Position numbers and translations under genes: made by a program. Positions 18,412 through 27,287 of a stretch of 64,000 nucleotides of DNA are shown piece after piece (position 1 is the stretch's first letter; each line of letters begins with the position of its first letter). The notes under the pieces were generated by a model. The model was not told where the DNA came from and ran no database searches. It worked only from the letters and a program-made list of their open reading frames with translations. Origin of the DNA: Chloroflexota bacterium (lineage in GTDB: Bacteria; Chloroflexota; Anaerolineae; Anaerolineales; Villigracilaceae); assembly GCA_029782225.1 (NCBI GenBank), contig JAKOVF010000005.1, positions 12,949 to 76,948 on the forward strand. The letters are read 5' to 3'.

Positions 18412-20409
18412 TCAGTCCTGGAATGGATTTTTGCAATCGGGATTGGATGGCCGGGGGACAAAGACAACAATGTTGGTTGATACAAGAGTCTCAGAAGGTT
18501 TGTAGGCGCACAACAGCGGCGCACCGACATATTTTACCCAGGCCACATTTTCTTCCACAAACGCGCCTTCTTTTTGCGTTGTGAATTTCTGGTCTTCGGC
18601 AATGATAATGGCAAAGCGATGATTCTTGAGGTCAGCGTAATATTGCTCAAGATACGCACGATTGCCCGACATCGCCATTTCCATCAGCTCGATCTGTTCG
18701 TATTCAGAAACCAGCGGAACATTTTTGACCATATCAAACGTGAGCAGTTGACGCTCCGTGACAAACAAAACCTGGCCGTTGTTTGCAATCACATCAGATG
18801 TGACCTGCTGCAAGCGCTGGACATCTTTTTGTGCATTGACCGTATCATAGCGAGGCAAGAAGCCAATTTGCGGAAGAGCGAAACCCAGCGGGACAAGGAT
18901 GGCTGCTACCGTTACGGGCCAACTGACCTGCCCCCAGGCAGGTTCCGTTCCTTGCTCACCCGCAACAAGCCCGGCAATGATGGAAGTAGCGATCAAGGCA
19001 AGGAGGACGAGGAATGCATCCATGTTATGCAAATCACCGCCGCCGCCGATCTTCACGCTGACGACCATTCCACCGAGCAACAGGACGAGCAGCAGAGATA
19101 AAAGCGCCAGCCAGCGCAAGGGATGCAGAGATGCAAGCCTTCCGCGTATCATCTGATACAGGGCAAGGATAAGTGGCAAGGAAACGATCAATAATCCAAG
19201 CAAAACCCCGGGCGGGAAATTTTCGTTCGGCAGCAGACGATTCCACAACAAGTCGGATGTGAAGCTCGACCCGAAGCTTCGTACATCTGCGTCTCCAGAA
19301 ATGCTGATGTAGAGGAATTGCGACGCCAGGGCAGCCGCGATCCCGCTGACTCCCCAGATAAATGGAGTGATCCAGTAGTGCCATCCTTTTTGAGCGAGAG
19401 GCATTTCGAGCAGATAGATGGAAATCCCCAGCATTGCGGGAACGGGAAACCAGTTGACGCGGCTGATTCCTGCCCACAACGACGACAGGATTACGAAGAG
19501 CAAAGACCTGCCCGGGCGGCGGGCTGAGACGCCGACCAAAATCAGGATGACACAAACCTGAAGATGATAATAAACTGCGCCCTGCAGGAAATAAAGAAAC
19601 GCCCAGGCCGCAATAAATATTGACATCCACCCCTTCAACTGCAAGCGACGCGCCAGAAGAACAGAGGATGTGCCCGTCAAGGCAATCCACAACAAGGCCT
19701 GCCACATGCGGTGGAACCAGAGCGGCAGGCCTTTGATCAGAAAGGGAATGGACATCAACAGGTAACGCGAGGGGTGGAGAAACGGCAGTGCCAGATCTTC
19801 ATCATAGATAGACTTTGCAAAATAAAGGGAGGCGTAATAATGACGCGCCGCCTCGGAATAGCCTATCGAAAACGGGAAATCCGTGATGACGCTGAGATGT
19901 CCATAAATTTGATAAACCAATCCCTGCACGAGAATCGTCAGGGCAAAGAGCGCAGGCCAGCTTCGATCCGTTATCAGCTTGAGGCCCAGCGACTGGAGGA
20001 GACTCATCCAGAGAAACATCCACAAAATCGGGAAAATGCCCGGGAGGATATTTCCAAAAACAAACAGCCTTATGATCCAGACCAGCGCAAAGCCTAGAAC
20101 CAACAAGACAATGCCAAACCATCGAAAAGCCGATGACCTATTTTTGAATTCGATTTTTTCGATCCAGTGATTGCTATCATCGCGTGCGGGCCAGCGAAGG
20201 AGGAACAACCCTGCAAGGATGTTGAAGGCAAACAATAACAATACATACAGCCACTTTGAGCGCCAGAGAATGATCTCCAGCTTTGACGCCTGTTGAACGG
20301 TTCCATAAACAGCCAGCAGGCTGAGCAGGATACTCGCCCAGAGAAATGTCTGCCAAAATGTCCTGGAAGAGATGGATTTCATTCGCGTTATGGCTGTGAT
20401 GGCGGACAT
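18412..20409 (-). CDS. Large polytopic membrane protein (~13 TM plus a ~180-aa C-terminal soluble domain), putative GT-C-type glycosyltransferase; paralog A
   Basis: Multi-TM N-terminal ~480 aa with a DFPFSIGYSEAARHYY loop motif and a conserved GGGGDLHNMDA segment. About 40% identical to the adjacent paralog. Confidence 0.4.
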   Translation of the reverse strand: MSAITAITRMKSISSRTFWQTFLWASILLSLLAVYGTVQQASKLEIILWRSKWLYVLLLFAFNILAGLFLLRWPARDDSNHWIEKIEFKNRSSAFRWFGIVLLVLGFALVWIIRLFVFGNILPGIFPILWMFLWMSLLQSLGLKLITDRSWPALFALTILVQGLVYQIYGHLSVITDFPFSIGYSEAARHYYASLYFAKSIYDEDLALPFLHPSRYLLMSIPFLIKGLPLWFHRMWQALLWIALTGTSSVLLARRLQLKGWMSIFIAAWAFLYFLQGAVYYHLQVCVILILVGVSARRPGRSLLFVILSSLWAGISRVNWFPVPAMLGISIYLLEMPLAQKGWHYWITPFIWGVSGIAAALASQFLYISISGDADVRSFGSSFTSDLLWNRLLPNENFPPGVLLGLLIVSLPLILALYQMIRGRLASLHPLRWLALLSLLLVLLLGGMVVSVKIGGGGDLHNMDAFLVLLALIATSIIAGLVAGEQGTEPAWGQVSWPVTVAAILVPLGFALPQIGFLPRYDTVNAQKDVQRLQQVTSDVIANNGQVLFVTERQLLTFDMVKNVPLVSEYEQIELMEMAMSGNRAYLEQYYADLKNHRFAIIIAEDQKFTTQKEGAFVEENVAWVKYVGAPLLCAYKPSETLVSTNIVVFVPRPSNPDCKNPFQD

Positions 20410-22349
20410 TCGGGGACAGCCCGTGGTACAAACACTTGAATATTCGAGGAGTTCAACGTGAGCACTGGCTCGTACTCACACAGCAATTGATAGGCGACCA
20501 GCCGGTTCCAGGTCTCGCTTTCTTCTGCGAATTCGCCGCTCGTTGCATCCAGATTTTGTTTGCGCGCCACGATCGCTGCAAAGCGATGATTTTTCAGGTC
20601 GCTATAGAATCTGTCTAGATACGGACGATTCCCAGAAATAGCCATCTCAGTCAATGTGACCACTTCGTAATCCGGTACCACAGGTACATCGGGGATCATC
20701 TTGAAAGTCAGCAAGTGCCGTTCATAGATGAAAAGGACTGGGCCTTTGTTGTTGTAGGATTGCACCGTCTCTCGCAACTTGACCAGGTCCGCCGAGGCCT
20801 GCTTCCGGTCATATTGGATGGGAGGTAGGACTCGTGATAACGAAAACGCCACAGGAACTATCAGCATGATCATGATCAAAGATGAAGGCAGCGCTTTAAA
20901 CTCGAGCTTTCGGCCTATCTCCGCTACCACGCGTTGACTCATGAAGTAGGCAGTAATCAAGCCAACCAGGACGATGTAAGCATCCATATTATGCAGGTCG
21001 CCGCCGCCGCCGATCTTGGTGCTGACAACCAATCCACCCGCCAGAAGAATTACCAGCAATATAGCCAGCAAAAACCATCGCAAAAAATGAAGGGATTTCG
21101 TCTGTCCACGCAGAAGCCAGAAGAGGATGAGAATAAGAGGCAGAGACACCAACAGTATGCCTGGAATCACGCCCAGAGGATTTGTGGCATTGGGCCACCA
21201 ACGATACCACAGCAAGGCTGATGTAAAACTAGAACCGAACTGGGTTAAGTCCCGGTTCCCTGAAACAAAAATATAGAAAGCCTGTCCGGCAAAGGCAAGT
21301 AAGAGTCCGACCACACCATATAAGAACGGCCTGAAAAGATATCGCCAGTAATTCCCGTAGTTTGAAAAAGGCTCTTCGAGCAGGTAGATCGCGACGGCCA
21401 GCATAGCCGGGACAGGATACCAGTTCAAACGGCTCATCCCTGCCCAGAATGAAGCAATTCCCACTGCGAGCAGCGATTTCGTCAGGTCACGTGGTGTAAC
21501 CCAGGCAAGGACAATGATCACGCAGACCAGCAAGTGATAATAAACGGCGCCCTGAAACAGGAATAAAAAGAACCAGCTGCCAAAGATCAGTTTTGAATCC
21601 AGGCCTCCCCAGCGCAAGCGACGGACCAGTAGGAAAGCTGTCAGCCCGGTCAGGCCCAGCCATAGAAAGGCCTGCCATAGTCGCGAGATCCACAGCGAAG
21701 AATGACCCAACAAGAACGGGATGGACTGCAGGAAATAGCGTGTTCCATGCCAGACGGAGAGAGGCAGTCGCTCGCCGTTATAGAGCATCCTGCCAAACGG
21801 CAGAGATCCGTAATAATAACGGCTGGCCTCCGACCATCCAAGAGAGAACGGGTAGTCTGTCACAGGCTGGAGAACAAAATAGGATTGAAAAACAATCCCG
21901 TCGAGCAGGATTGTCAGAGCAAAAACTGTGGCCCAGGAAGAACGGGTCAACATCTTCAAGCCTGCTGATTGCAGAAGAGCCAGCCATAAGCAGACCCACA
22001 TGAGAGGGAAAAAGGACGGGACAGCTTTTCCGAAGAAAGCGAATTTCGCATACCAGAGCAGGGGAAATGCGCCAAATAAGAGCACGACCCCTGCAGTTTT
22101 CCAGATATTGTTAGGCGGAACAGATTCCAACCTTTCCCAGATCGGCTCACTCTTCTGGCCGCGCAAGAGCAAAATCGCACCCAGGGCAAGATTGACCGCA
22201 AAAACAGCGATGACTACCACCCATTTGTAGCGCGAGCGGATTTTCAAAAGCGCCTGAGTCTGCTGCTCTGTCTGGTAAATTGCAATGGCACTCAGGGCGA
22301 TCGAGAGCAACAGGAAGGTTTGCCAGAACCGACCGGGAGATGTCTTCAT
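20388..22349 (-). CDS. Large polytopic membrane protein, paralog B of 18412..20409 (tandem duplication)
   Basis: Same architecture and motifs (DYPFSLGWSEASRYYY, GGGGDLHNMDA, C-terminal SGNRPYLDRFYSDLKNHRFA). Nucleotide-level homology with paralog A is visible around 19015 versus 20980. Confidence 0.4.
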   Translation of the reverse strand: MKTSPGRFWQTFLLLSIALSAIAIYQTEQQTQALLKIRSRYKWVVVIAVFAVNLALGAILLLRGQKSEPIWERLESVPPNNIWKTAGVVLLFGAFPLLWYAKFAFFGKAVPSFFPLMWVCLWLALLQSAGLKMLTRSSWATVFALTILLDGIVFQSYFVLQPVTDYPFSLGWSEASRYYYGSLPFGRMLYNGERLPLSVWHGTRYFLQSIPFLLGHSSLWISRLWQAFLWLGLTGLTAFLLVRRLRWGGLDSKLIFGSWFFLFLFQGAVYYHLLVCVIIVLAWVTPRDLTKSLLAVGIASFWAGMSRLNWYPVPAMLAVAIYLLEEPFSNYGNYWRYLFRPFLYGVVGLLLAFAGQAFYIFVSGNRDLTQFGSSFTSALLWYRWWPNATNPLGVIPGILLVSLPLILILFWLLRGQTKSLHFLRWFLLAILLVILLAGGLVVSTKIGGGGDLHNMDAYIVLVGLITAYFMSQRVVAEIGRKLEFKALPSSLIMIMLIVPVAFSLSRVLPPIQYDRKQASADLVKLRETVQSYNNKGPVLFIYERHLLTFKMIPDVPVVPDYEVVTLTEMAISGNRPYLDRFYSDLKNHRFAAIVARKQNLDATSGEFAEESETWNRLVAYQLLCEYEPVLTLNSSNIQVFVPRAVPECPPSQP

Positions 22350-23263
22350 TTTGTTTCGACTGCTTCTTTTCGAGAGACAGTCATGGCTTCCATAATGCCG
22401 GGGAGGAACAATGCGCCCGGCAGGCTGGCAGTGATAAACAAGATGCGGATCAACAGTGCCAATGTAATGCCCTCGACCTTGTCGAGGCCCGCCATCTGAA
22501 CCAGGAGGAAGGAGAAGACCAACTCCTGCACGCCATATCCATTGATCGAGATTGGTAGGAGCGTCACGAAGTAAGTGAGACTCCAGATTCCGGCGATCAG
22601 CCAGTAGGAGACATTATCGTGCAACCCTGAGCTTAAAACGTAAATGGCAGCAAAAATGAACGCCATGTTGCCAAGCGTACAGGTGAGCGAAAGCAAGAGT
22701 GCGAGCGGTTTTTTGAGCCAGATTGAGAAGGCGGACAGGGTACGGCGCACAAACCCCATGATCTTTTGAAAGATGGGAGGTAACGCCATCATCTTGAATG
22801 AAAGGGTCGGAAGGACCTTCAATAGCGGGCCAATCCCTAACGGCAAAGCCAATGCCATTCCAAACATGCCAATCAAACGGTCCGCTACGAGGGAGGCCAC
22901 ACAGACGGCCCGGTCAAAGCCAAGCTGCATCGCACCGCCCAATCGCGCCAGATCCCCGCCAACAGTCGTCGGCAGGAAGTTCGAAGCGAACAAGCCGGTA
23001 AAAGTCAGCGCCGTGCTGTCTTTGATCGAAATATCCACGCCGCCAGAACGCATCAGTACATGCCAGCGCCCAACGACAAACAGCCGCGAAACCATCATGC
23101 AAGCCAGTGCCAGGAGGAATTGTTGAAACGAAACCTGCTTGATAGCGGCCCATATATCGCTCCAGTTCTCCTCACGGATCAAAAAGAGCAGCAGCAGGAC
23201 AGCCAGCCCGGTCCCGGCCCAGCGGATAACCACGCCCCTGTTTCTGGAAAGCCAGGGAATCAC
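22346..23263 (-). CDS. Flippase-like integral membrane protein (LPG-synthase-TM/UPF0104-type)
   Basis: About 300 aa with 7-8 TM helices. It is translationally coupled (4-bp overlap) to a GtrB/ArnC-like GT2, as is typical for this family. Confidence 0.45.
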   Translation of the reverse strand: MIPWLSRNRGVVIRWAGTGLAVLLLLFLIREENWSDIWAAIKQVSFQQFLLALACMMVSRLFVVGRWHVLMRSGGVDISIKDSTALTFTGLFASNFLPTTVGGDLARLGGAMQLGFDRAVCVASLVADRLIGMFGMALALPLGIGPLLKVLPTLSFKMMALPPIFQKIMGFVRRTLSAFSIWLKKPLALLLSLTCTLGNMAFIFAAIYVLSSGLHDNVSYWLIAGIWSLTYFVTLLPISINGYGVQELVFSFLLVQMAGLDKVEGITLALLIRILFITASLPGALFLPGIMEAMTVSRKEAVETK

Positions 23264-24219
23264 TGTCGCTTCTTTCCGCCCCGAATGATGGACCGCACCG
23301 TATAGGTGGGTTTCCGCTGAGACTCATGGTACGTGCGCACAAGCAACTCGGCGATCAGCCCCATGAGCATGGACTGGAACCCCAGGATGAAGAACATGGC
23401 GCTCATCTGGAACAGCGGTGATCCCATGACACTCACAGCAGAGAAAATGCGACGTAGAACGAGAATAACGAATATGACTGCACTGACGGCCATCAGTCCC
23501 AGCCCTGTACCTCCAAAAAGATAAATGGGCTTTGCTCCAAAAGCAACGAGGAATTTCACGGTGAACAGGTCAAGAATCACTTTGACCGTGCGCTCCAATC
23601 CATACTTGGTCTTTCCGGAAATACGCGGGTAGTGATTGACGGGAATTTCGGCAATCTTTGCCCCGACGGAGGCAGCATACACGGGAATAAACCGGTGCAT
23701 TTCGCCATACAGTCGAAATCCTTCAAGGGCACCGCGGCGATAGGCCTTCAAGGTGCAGCCATAATCGTGCAAATGCACGCCGGTCACACGGGAGATCAGC
23801 CAGTTCCCCACCCGCGAGGGGAAATTCCGTGTGATCGCATTATCCTTACGCTCTATGCGCCAGCCGCTGACCAGGTCATAACCTTCGTCCAGCTTGGCAA
23901 GCAACATCGGGATATCGGCCGGGTCATTTTGCATGTCCGCGTCCATTAAGATGATGGTATCCCCATTCGAATGGTCGATCCCCGCCGCCAGCGCAGCCGT
24001 CTGTCCATAGTTACGGCGAAAGACCACAACGCTGACATGCTTTGGGTCCTGCTCTGCCAGACCCTGCAGGATGGAAAGACTCTTGTCTACGCTGCCATCA
24101 TCAACAAATATAACCTCCCAAGACCGTTTTAAGCCCTTCATGGTCTTTTCAATGGCACAGAACAGGTTATCCAGGTTTCCCTCTTCGTTATAGACAGGGA
24201 TGATCAGTGAAAGTTTCAT
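23260..24219 (-). CDS. GT2 polyprenyl-phosphate glycosyltransferase (GtrB/ArnC/DPM1-like) with two C-terminal TM helices
   Basis: SLIIPVYNEEGNL, VIFVDDGSVDKS and DADMQNDP (DXD) motifs, plus a C-terminal hydrophobic hairpin as in GtrB/ArnC. Confidence 0.8.
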   Translation of the reverse strand: MKLSLIIPVYNEEGNLDNLFCAIEKTMKGLKRSWEVIFVDDGSVDKSLSILQGLAEQDPKHVSVVVFRRNYGQTAALAAGIDHSNGDTIILMDADMQNDPADIPMLLAKLDEGYDLVSGWRIERKDNAITRNFPSRVGNWLISRVTGVHLHDYGCTLKAYRRGALEGFRLYGEMHRFIPVYAASVGAKIAEIPVNHYPRISGKTKYGLERTVKVILDLFTVKFLVAFGAKPIYLFGGTGLGLMAVSAVIFVILVLRRIFSAVSVMGSPLFQMSAMFFILGFQSMLMGLIAELLVRTYHESQRKPTYTVRSIIRGGKKRQ

Positions 24220-26054
24220 GGTTTCCTTCGAAAAATACGCAGGCGCGTGTGCTCAACACAGGATGTTCCAACCGGGGTGGGAGGATACTCATCAAATTGG
24301 CTGGGATTAAAGAATATCTGCCAGCGGGGATACCTGTCCTCTTCGATCAGAAAGAACTGGGCCGTTGTTTTCCAGCTCGTATCCAGTTCAGCATTCCAAA
24401 ACCCAAACTTGTTTAACGCAGCAGGGTCACCGCCATTAATGAATGAGTAGCCGCTGTTGATCTGTGCAGGAAACATTTTGACCCGTGGAAGATACAACAG
24501 TGGAGCCGCCGAGAGACCGCCATCCCAGTAGACAACGCTGCCATCCGGGATGATCGAGCTTAAGTATGCCCCAATTTGCTCATTCGCTTCGATTACGTCT
24601 GTCCTGCAATCCGGCAGGCCTGCCTGTCCATTCAGAACAGGGGACACGATCAAGCCCAAAAGGAGAATGGCTGAAGCGTAATAACTGCCAAAAGATAGGA
24701 GGCCCGGACGGCTTCTGCGGCTCCACATATAGACGAGCAAAGTGACCAGTCCGCCAGTCATAAAACCAAAAGCCGTCGAAACGATTTTTTTGGCCGCGTT
24801 CAGCTTCAAGTCAAAACGGTTCAGGAGGATATCCTCGACCGTCACAAGGCCCGGCAAGATTCTCATCTCGCGCATTCGGGGAGCGGGGAGCCGCAAAAGG
24901 GAAGGGCCAATCTCCTCAAATGCCGAAAGTCCCATACCGGTGCAAATGACGAGAAAAACTGCAACCATCAAAACCGGGACCCACCCAGGTGTTTGCCAAT
25001 TCCAGGATTTTATGGAGATGACAAGCAATAAAATGCCGGCGATATTGAAGAACGCCACGTAAGGGCTCAGACAAAAGACGCAATAATCGCCGCCGACAGA
25101 TGCAATGGAATGCATCGCGATCAACCCCCAGAATAAAGCCAGGAGGAATATGCTTGCTCGGAAGTCCGCCCGGGATTTCCAATTCTTTAATCGAGGCCAC
25201 AGCAAAAAAGTGATGACGCTGCCAACGAGGACCGTAAAATGAAGACGAAACGTTTGAAAGAATGCCAGGGCGCGGGACAGGTTGTCAACCTCGGGTACGT
25301 ATGACGGAGAGCCCCCGCCTCCATAGGTGACCTGTGCCGGGATGGGTACCAGCGGAACCCACGTCCAGAGCTGGAGAATGTCCGGCCAATAGAGAAAGTG
25401 GATGTAAGCAACGACCAATGCTCCGCTGAGGGCCAGCCAGATCGCCTTTCGTCCATGCTGCCAGAAGGCGTACAAAGCCAGAAGCGGCAGGACCGGAAGC
25501 ATATTCTGGCGGACCATGATCATCAAGCCTGTCAGAATGCCGGCCAGAGCCAATTGCCAGCCGGACCGATTTTCGCCGAGCGAGAGCACCAGCGACCACG
25601 CCAGCAGACATGCCACCGTACTTTGCGTTGCGCCGTTGCTGTACATCTTGACCACAGCCGGGCTGAATGCCAGAACAAAGACCGCCCCTGCCGCCAGCCA
25701 CTTTCCTCCCAGTCGCCGTGAAGCGACCCATGTGCCAATCACGGCCAGGACGCCAAAAAAAATCGCCAGATAGCGTCCGGTCCGCAGGCCCGCGCCAAAG
25801 ACAGACTGCACAAAACCGGGGATCAGAAAGGCGAGAGGCGCTTTATTCGTCCAGATACCGGGATCGAAAGGGCGGTAACCACCGCCCACAAACAGAGTTC
25901 CCTTGAGAAGATATCCCGCTTCGTCCAGGTTGGAAACGGTCGTGTGCGCAAACAGTATTGCTTCGGCCAGATAAATGACCAGACCCAGCAATGCCACCGC
26001 ATCCGCAGTCCAGTTGGGCCACGCACGTCTTTGAAGGGATACCTCTTGATTCAT
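24216..26054 (-). CDS. GT-C family glycosyltransferase, ArnT/PMT-like (polyprenyl-phosphate-sugar dependent)
   Basis: Polytopic ~610-aa protein with a first-loop NLDEAGY (DE motif) as in the ArnT/PMT_2 family. Its 4-bp overlap with the GtrB-like gene suggests a GtrABC/ArnCT-type trio. Confidence 0.55.
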   Translation of the reverse strand: MNQEVSLQRRAWPNWTADAVALLGLVIYLAEAILFAHTTVSNLDEAGYLLKGTLFVGGGYRPFDPGIWTNKAPLAFLIPGFVQSVFGAGLRTGRYLAIFFGVLAVIGTWVASRRLGGKWLAAGAVFVLAFSPAVVKMYSNGATQSTVACLLAWSLVLSLGENRSGWQLALAGILTGLMIMVRQNMLPVLPLLALYAFWQHGRKAIWLALSGALVVAYIHFLYWPDILQLWTWVPLVPIPAQVTYGGGGSPSYVPEVDNLSRALAFFQTFRLHFTVLVGSVITFLLWPRLKNWKSRADFRASIFLLALFWGLIAMHSIASVGGDYCVFCLSPYVAFFNIAGILLLVISIKSWNWQTPGWVPVLMVAVFLVICTGMGLSAFEEIGPSLLRLPAPRMREMRILPGLVTVEDILLNRFDLKLNAAKKIVSTAFGFMTGGLVTLLVYMWSRRSRPGLLSFGSYYASAILLLGLIVSPVLNGQAGLPDCRTDVIEANEQIGAYLSSIIPDGSVVYWDGGLSAAPLLYLPRVKMFPAQINSGYSFINGGDPAALNKFGFWNAELDTSWKTTAQFFLIEEDRYPRWQIFFNPSQFDEYPPTPVGTSCVEHTRLRIFRRKP

Positions 26055-26234
26055 AGGATTCTACCGTTTTTAACGGGAAAAACATTCTCCACCACAAAGG
26101 ACACAAAGGTCACGAAGGAAAAAGGCTCATAGAATCGGCCGTATTCCCCCTTTGGGCACTTGGTGGCCTTCGTGGTAAGGCTCTTCCCGTTAATTACGGA
26201 AGAGCCATTCATGGGAAAACAGGCGCAGAAGATT

Positions 26235-27197
26235 CTACCCCTTTTTCAGGCGCGCCATATCCGAGTCCACCATCATCGTGACAAGATCCCTGAAAGAGAC
26301 AGAAGGCTCCCAACACAAGGCCGCCCGCGCCTTGGAAGGATCAGAGATCAGCAGGTCCACCTCTGCCGGGCGATAAAAACGCTCATCTTGAACCACATAC
26401 TTCTTGTAATCCAGGTCAAGGTAGCCGAATGCGATCTCGCAAAACTCACGGACCGAGTGAGTCTCTCCGGTGCCAACCACATAACTGTCCGGCTTTTCCT
26501 GCTGGAGCATCAGCCACATGGCCTCGACGTAGTCACCCGCAAAACCCCAGTCCCGCTGGGCATCGAGGTTGCCGAGGTGCAGATCCTTTGCCAGTCCCAG
26601 CTTGATACGGGCTACGCCGTTGGAAATCTTGCGCGTGACAAATTCCAACCCGCGGCGCGGGCTTTCATGGTTGAATAAAATCCCGGAAACCGCGAACATA
26701 TCGAAGGATTCACGATAGTTGATCGTAATCCAATGCCCGTACATTTTCGCGACGCCGTAGGGACTGCGAGGATAAAATGGCGTCGTTTCTTTTTGTGGGA
26801 CTTCCACTACTTTGCCGAACATTTCACTGGAAGAGGCCTGATAAAAACGGATCCTGGGATTGACATAGCGGACAGCTTCCAGCAAACGGGTCACACCCAG
26901 AGCGGTCACATCACCTGTCAGGGCCGGCTGATTCCAGGAAGTAGGCACAAACGACTGCGCGGCAAGGTTATAGACTTCCGTTGGCTTATATTCCTCAAGG
27001 AAGGCCAACAATGACCCCTGATCGTGCAAATCACCCTGTACAATGGTGATGTCATCCAGCAGATGTTCAATCCGCTCGAATGTGACTGTGCTCGAGCGGC
27101 GCGCCACCCCGATCACACGATATCCTTTTTTTAGTAATAGCTCAGCAAGATACGAACCATCCTGGCCTGTAATGCCAGTGACAAGTGCAGTAGGCAT
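26235..27197 (-). CDS. gmd: GDP-mannose 4,6-dehydratase
   Basis: [20 protein letters not shown]-terminus, a [10 protein letters not shown] catalytic region and a [25 protein letters not shown] region are diagnostic for Gmd. Confidence 0.9.
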   Translation of the reverse strand: MPTALVTGITGQDGSYLAELLLKKGYRVIGVARRSSTVTFERIEHLLDDITIVQGDLHDQGSLLAFLEEYKPTEVYNLAAQSFVPTSWNQPALTGDVTALGVTRLLEAVRYVNPRIRFYQASSSEMFGKVVEVPQKETTPFYPRSPYGVAKMYGHWITINYRESFDMFAVSGILFNHESPRRGLEFVTRKISNGVARIKLGLAKDLHLGNLDAQRDWGFAGDYVEAMWLMLQQEKPDSYVVGTGETHSVREFCEIAFGYLDLDYKKYVVQDERFYRPAEVDLLISDPSKARAALCWEPSVSFRDLVTMMVDSDMARLKKG

Positions 27198-27216
27198 GTT
27201 GTCTCCTGTTTCAAAA

Positions 27217-27233
27217 TTCAGCGGCTGAATTAT
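27217..27233. promoter_or_regulatory. Perfect 8-1-8 palindrome AATTCAGCGGCTGAATT between a TATAAT-like -10 and the AGGAGA RBS of gmd
   Basis: On the minus strand the sequence reads ...GCGGTATAATTCAGCCGCTGAATTTTGAAACAGGAGACAACATG. The palindrome shares the TGAATT half-site with the conserved promoter element. Confidence 0.4.
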
Positions 27234-27287
27234 ACCGCTTTTGCAGAACGTCCCGAAGGTCTTGGAGAAAATCCACCAGGAATTGCA

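Noticed and set aside
26055-26234. GGTAGAAT occurring both at the gmd stop codon and 3 nt before the GT-C start, plus the CCGTTTTTAACGG and GGCTCTTCCCGTTAATTACGGAAGAGCC palindromes
   Set aside because: There are too few copies to distinguish a motif from chance. They are noted as possible terminator or leader structure but not called.
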